Assembly: GCF_002113885.1 (NCBI RefSeq)
Contig: NW_018405306.1
Coordinates: 128,161 to 192,160 of the forward strand
Origin: Mizuhopecten yessoensis
Lineage: Eukaryota
Reading direction: 5' to 3'
Length of the DNA stretch: 64,000 bases
Position 1 is the first letter of the stretch. The number at the start of each line of letters is the position of its first letter. The translations under genes were made by a program, and so were the position numbers. The notes below the pieces were generated by a model. The model searched no databases. It saw only the letters and a program-made list of their open reading frames with translations, and was not told the origin of the DNA. Below are positions 62,071-64,000 of the stretch, in pieces.

Positions 62071-62160
62071 TGACCTATTCACCCCTAAAGTCACATTTGA
62101 TCTCTTCCAATTCAAAGGTTGGAATAGTTCCTTATGTAATTTCAGGGGTGAATGCATTAA
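62071..62160. mobile_element. About 90-bp TTAA-flanked MITE
   Basis: attcacccctaaagtcacatt...caggggtgaatgcattaa. Confidence 0.65.
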
Positions 62161-62669
62161 CAGAAATATAACACCATGAAAAATCATGATCGAAAACCAT
62201 AATAAAAATCATGGACATATGATTTCCACTTGGTCATTTATATCTTATTTTAATTGTGGGTCAAGAGAGGTTGACAGGTTATACCAGGGCGGAGCAAAAG
62301 TGAATTAAGACTTAGGTTTGAACTCTGTAAGGGCCAGTAGGTACACATCAATGCTGACAGGTCTGTAGCCCGCGGCAAATGCACAAGAAAAATGTTTGTA
62401 GACAGCTGATGTGTAACTATATTCATATAACAAGAAATAAAACTGTAAGTATGAATGTATACATACTTGTCTGTTATGGTCTACATGACCTGTTTAACAC
62501 TTGGGCTTCATGTGTTGTGACCCCAGGAAAGGATATATATATAGGTGTCAGGTAACTGTTTATGAGGGTCATGTCATGACTTTCAATCACCTTTTGCTTA
62601 GAAAAACTGTAAAATTAGACACGGTTCCCTACCCTAGTCTGATAAACATGTATATAAAACAAGCTACAT

Positions 62670-63760
62670 CAGATTTAGAGACCTTTCCCAGACATCCTCT
62701 CTAGTTTGATGTATCTGACCAGATATAGAGACATCCTCTCTAGTTTGATGTATCAGACCAGATATAGAGACAAAGTCTGATGTATCAGACAAAATTTAGA
62801 GACTTCCTTCTTTAGTCTAATGTATCAGAAAAAAATAGAGACTTCCTACTGTAGTCTGATGTATCAGACCAGATAAGCAGACCAGATATAGAGAAATCCT
62901 CTCTAGTCTGATGTATGTCAGACCAGATATAGAGACATCCCCTCTAGTCTGATGTATCTGGCCAGATATAGAGACATCATCTCTAGTCTGATGTATGTGA
63001 GACCAGATATAGAGACAGCCTCTCTAGTCTGATGTATCTGGCCAGATATAGAGACATCCTCTCTATTCTGATTATCAGACCAGATATAGAGACTTCCTCT
63101 CTAGTCTGATGTATATCAGACCAGGTATAGAGACATCCTCTCTATTCTGATTATCAGACCAGATATAGAGAAATCCTCTCTAGTCTGATTATCAGACCAG
63201 ATATAGAGGCATCCTCTCTAGTCTGATGTATCTGGCCAGATATAGAGACATCCCCTCTAGTCTGATGTATCTGGCCAGATATAGAGACATCATCTCTAGT
63301 CTGATGTATCAGACGAGATATAGAGACATCCTCTCTAGGCTGATGTATCAGACCAGACATAGAGACATCCTCTCTATTCTGATTATCAGACCAGATATAG
63401 AGACTTCCTCTCTAGTCTGATGTTTCAGACCAGATATAGAGGCATCCTCTCTAGTCTGATGTATATCAGACCAGGTATAGAGACATCCTCTCTATTCTGA
63501 TTATCAGACCAGATATAGAGGCATCCTCTCTAGTCTGATTTATATCAGACCAGATATAAAGACTTCCTCTCTAGTCTGATGTATCAGACCAGATATAGAG
63601 ACATCCTCTCTAGTCTGATTATCAGACCAGATATAGAGACATCCTCTATAGTCTGAGGTATCAGTCAAATTTAGAGTCACGTTTTATCTACCTTGGTCTG
63701 ATATCAGAGAGAATTTAGAGAATCCTTACCATAGTCTGATATAGTCAGACAAGATTTAGA
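62670..63760. repeat. Minisatellite with a unit of about 39 bp (AGACATCCTCTCTAGTCTGATGTATCAGACCAGATATAG), about 27 copies, degenerate at both edges
   Basis: Directly visible; internal hairpin GTCTGAT-GT-ATCAGAC. Confidence 0.96.
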
Positions 63761-64000
63761 GATTACTATCCTTTTAATCTATTAGACAAGATCTAAATAC
63801 TTCTTTCCCTGCAATAGCCTGATAGGACCAGATTTTTCCCTATTGTTTTACTAATTTGTAATATTAAGCATTTTATGACTGATACTTTTGTTCCTAGAAA
63901 ATAAATGCTGAGTTTGTTCATGACAAAAGTCCCTCAATATGACAAGTTCAAGTATAAGAGGTTTCTTTGGATGATGAGATGTATAAAGTATTCAGGATTT

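Overview
AT-rich eukaryotic genomic DNA, read by eye. It is most likely from a bivalve mollusc, judged from the protein sequences and repeat families. The core is a complete spliced p53/p63/p73-family gene on the + strand (about 9.2-30.8 kb). I reconstructed 11 phase-consistent TA/core coding exons (transactivation, DNA-binding and oligomerisation domains). There is an internal DeltaN first exon ([13 protein letters not shown]) with its own TATA/CCAAT/p53-response-element promoter. A short basic p53-like terminal exon gives a 445-aa product, three SAM/TID exons give a 624-aa p63/p73-like product, and there is a candidate third terminal exon. About 430 bp upstream, head-to-head on the - strand, lie the first four coding exons of WRAP73/WDR8, the gene that is antisense head-to-head to TP73 in human; the ORF track captures only exon 2. 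The rest of the window (31-64 kb) is repeat-rich: degraded CR1/L2-type LINEs (one with a 3.3-kb minisatellite inside its 3' UTR), tRNA-derived SINEs, MITEs, a Helentron-type element with a 5x176-bp tandem end, satellites and an N gap. There is weak evidence for the 5' exons of another + strand gene, including a candidate 4-nt microexon. No database searches were run; family assignments are from motif recognition.
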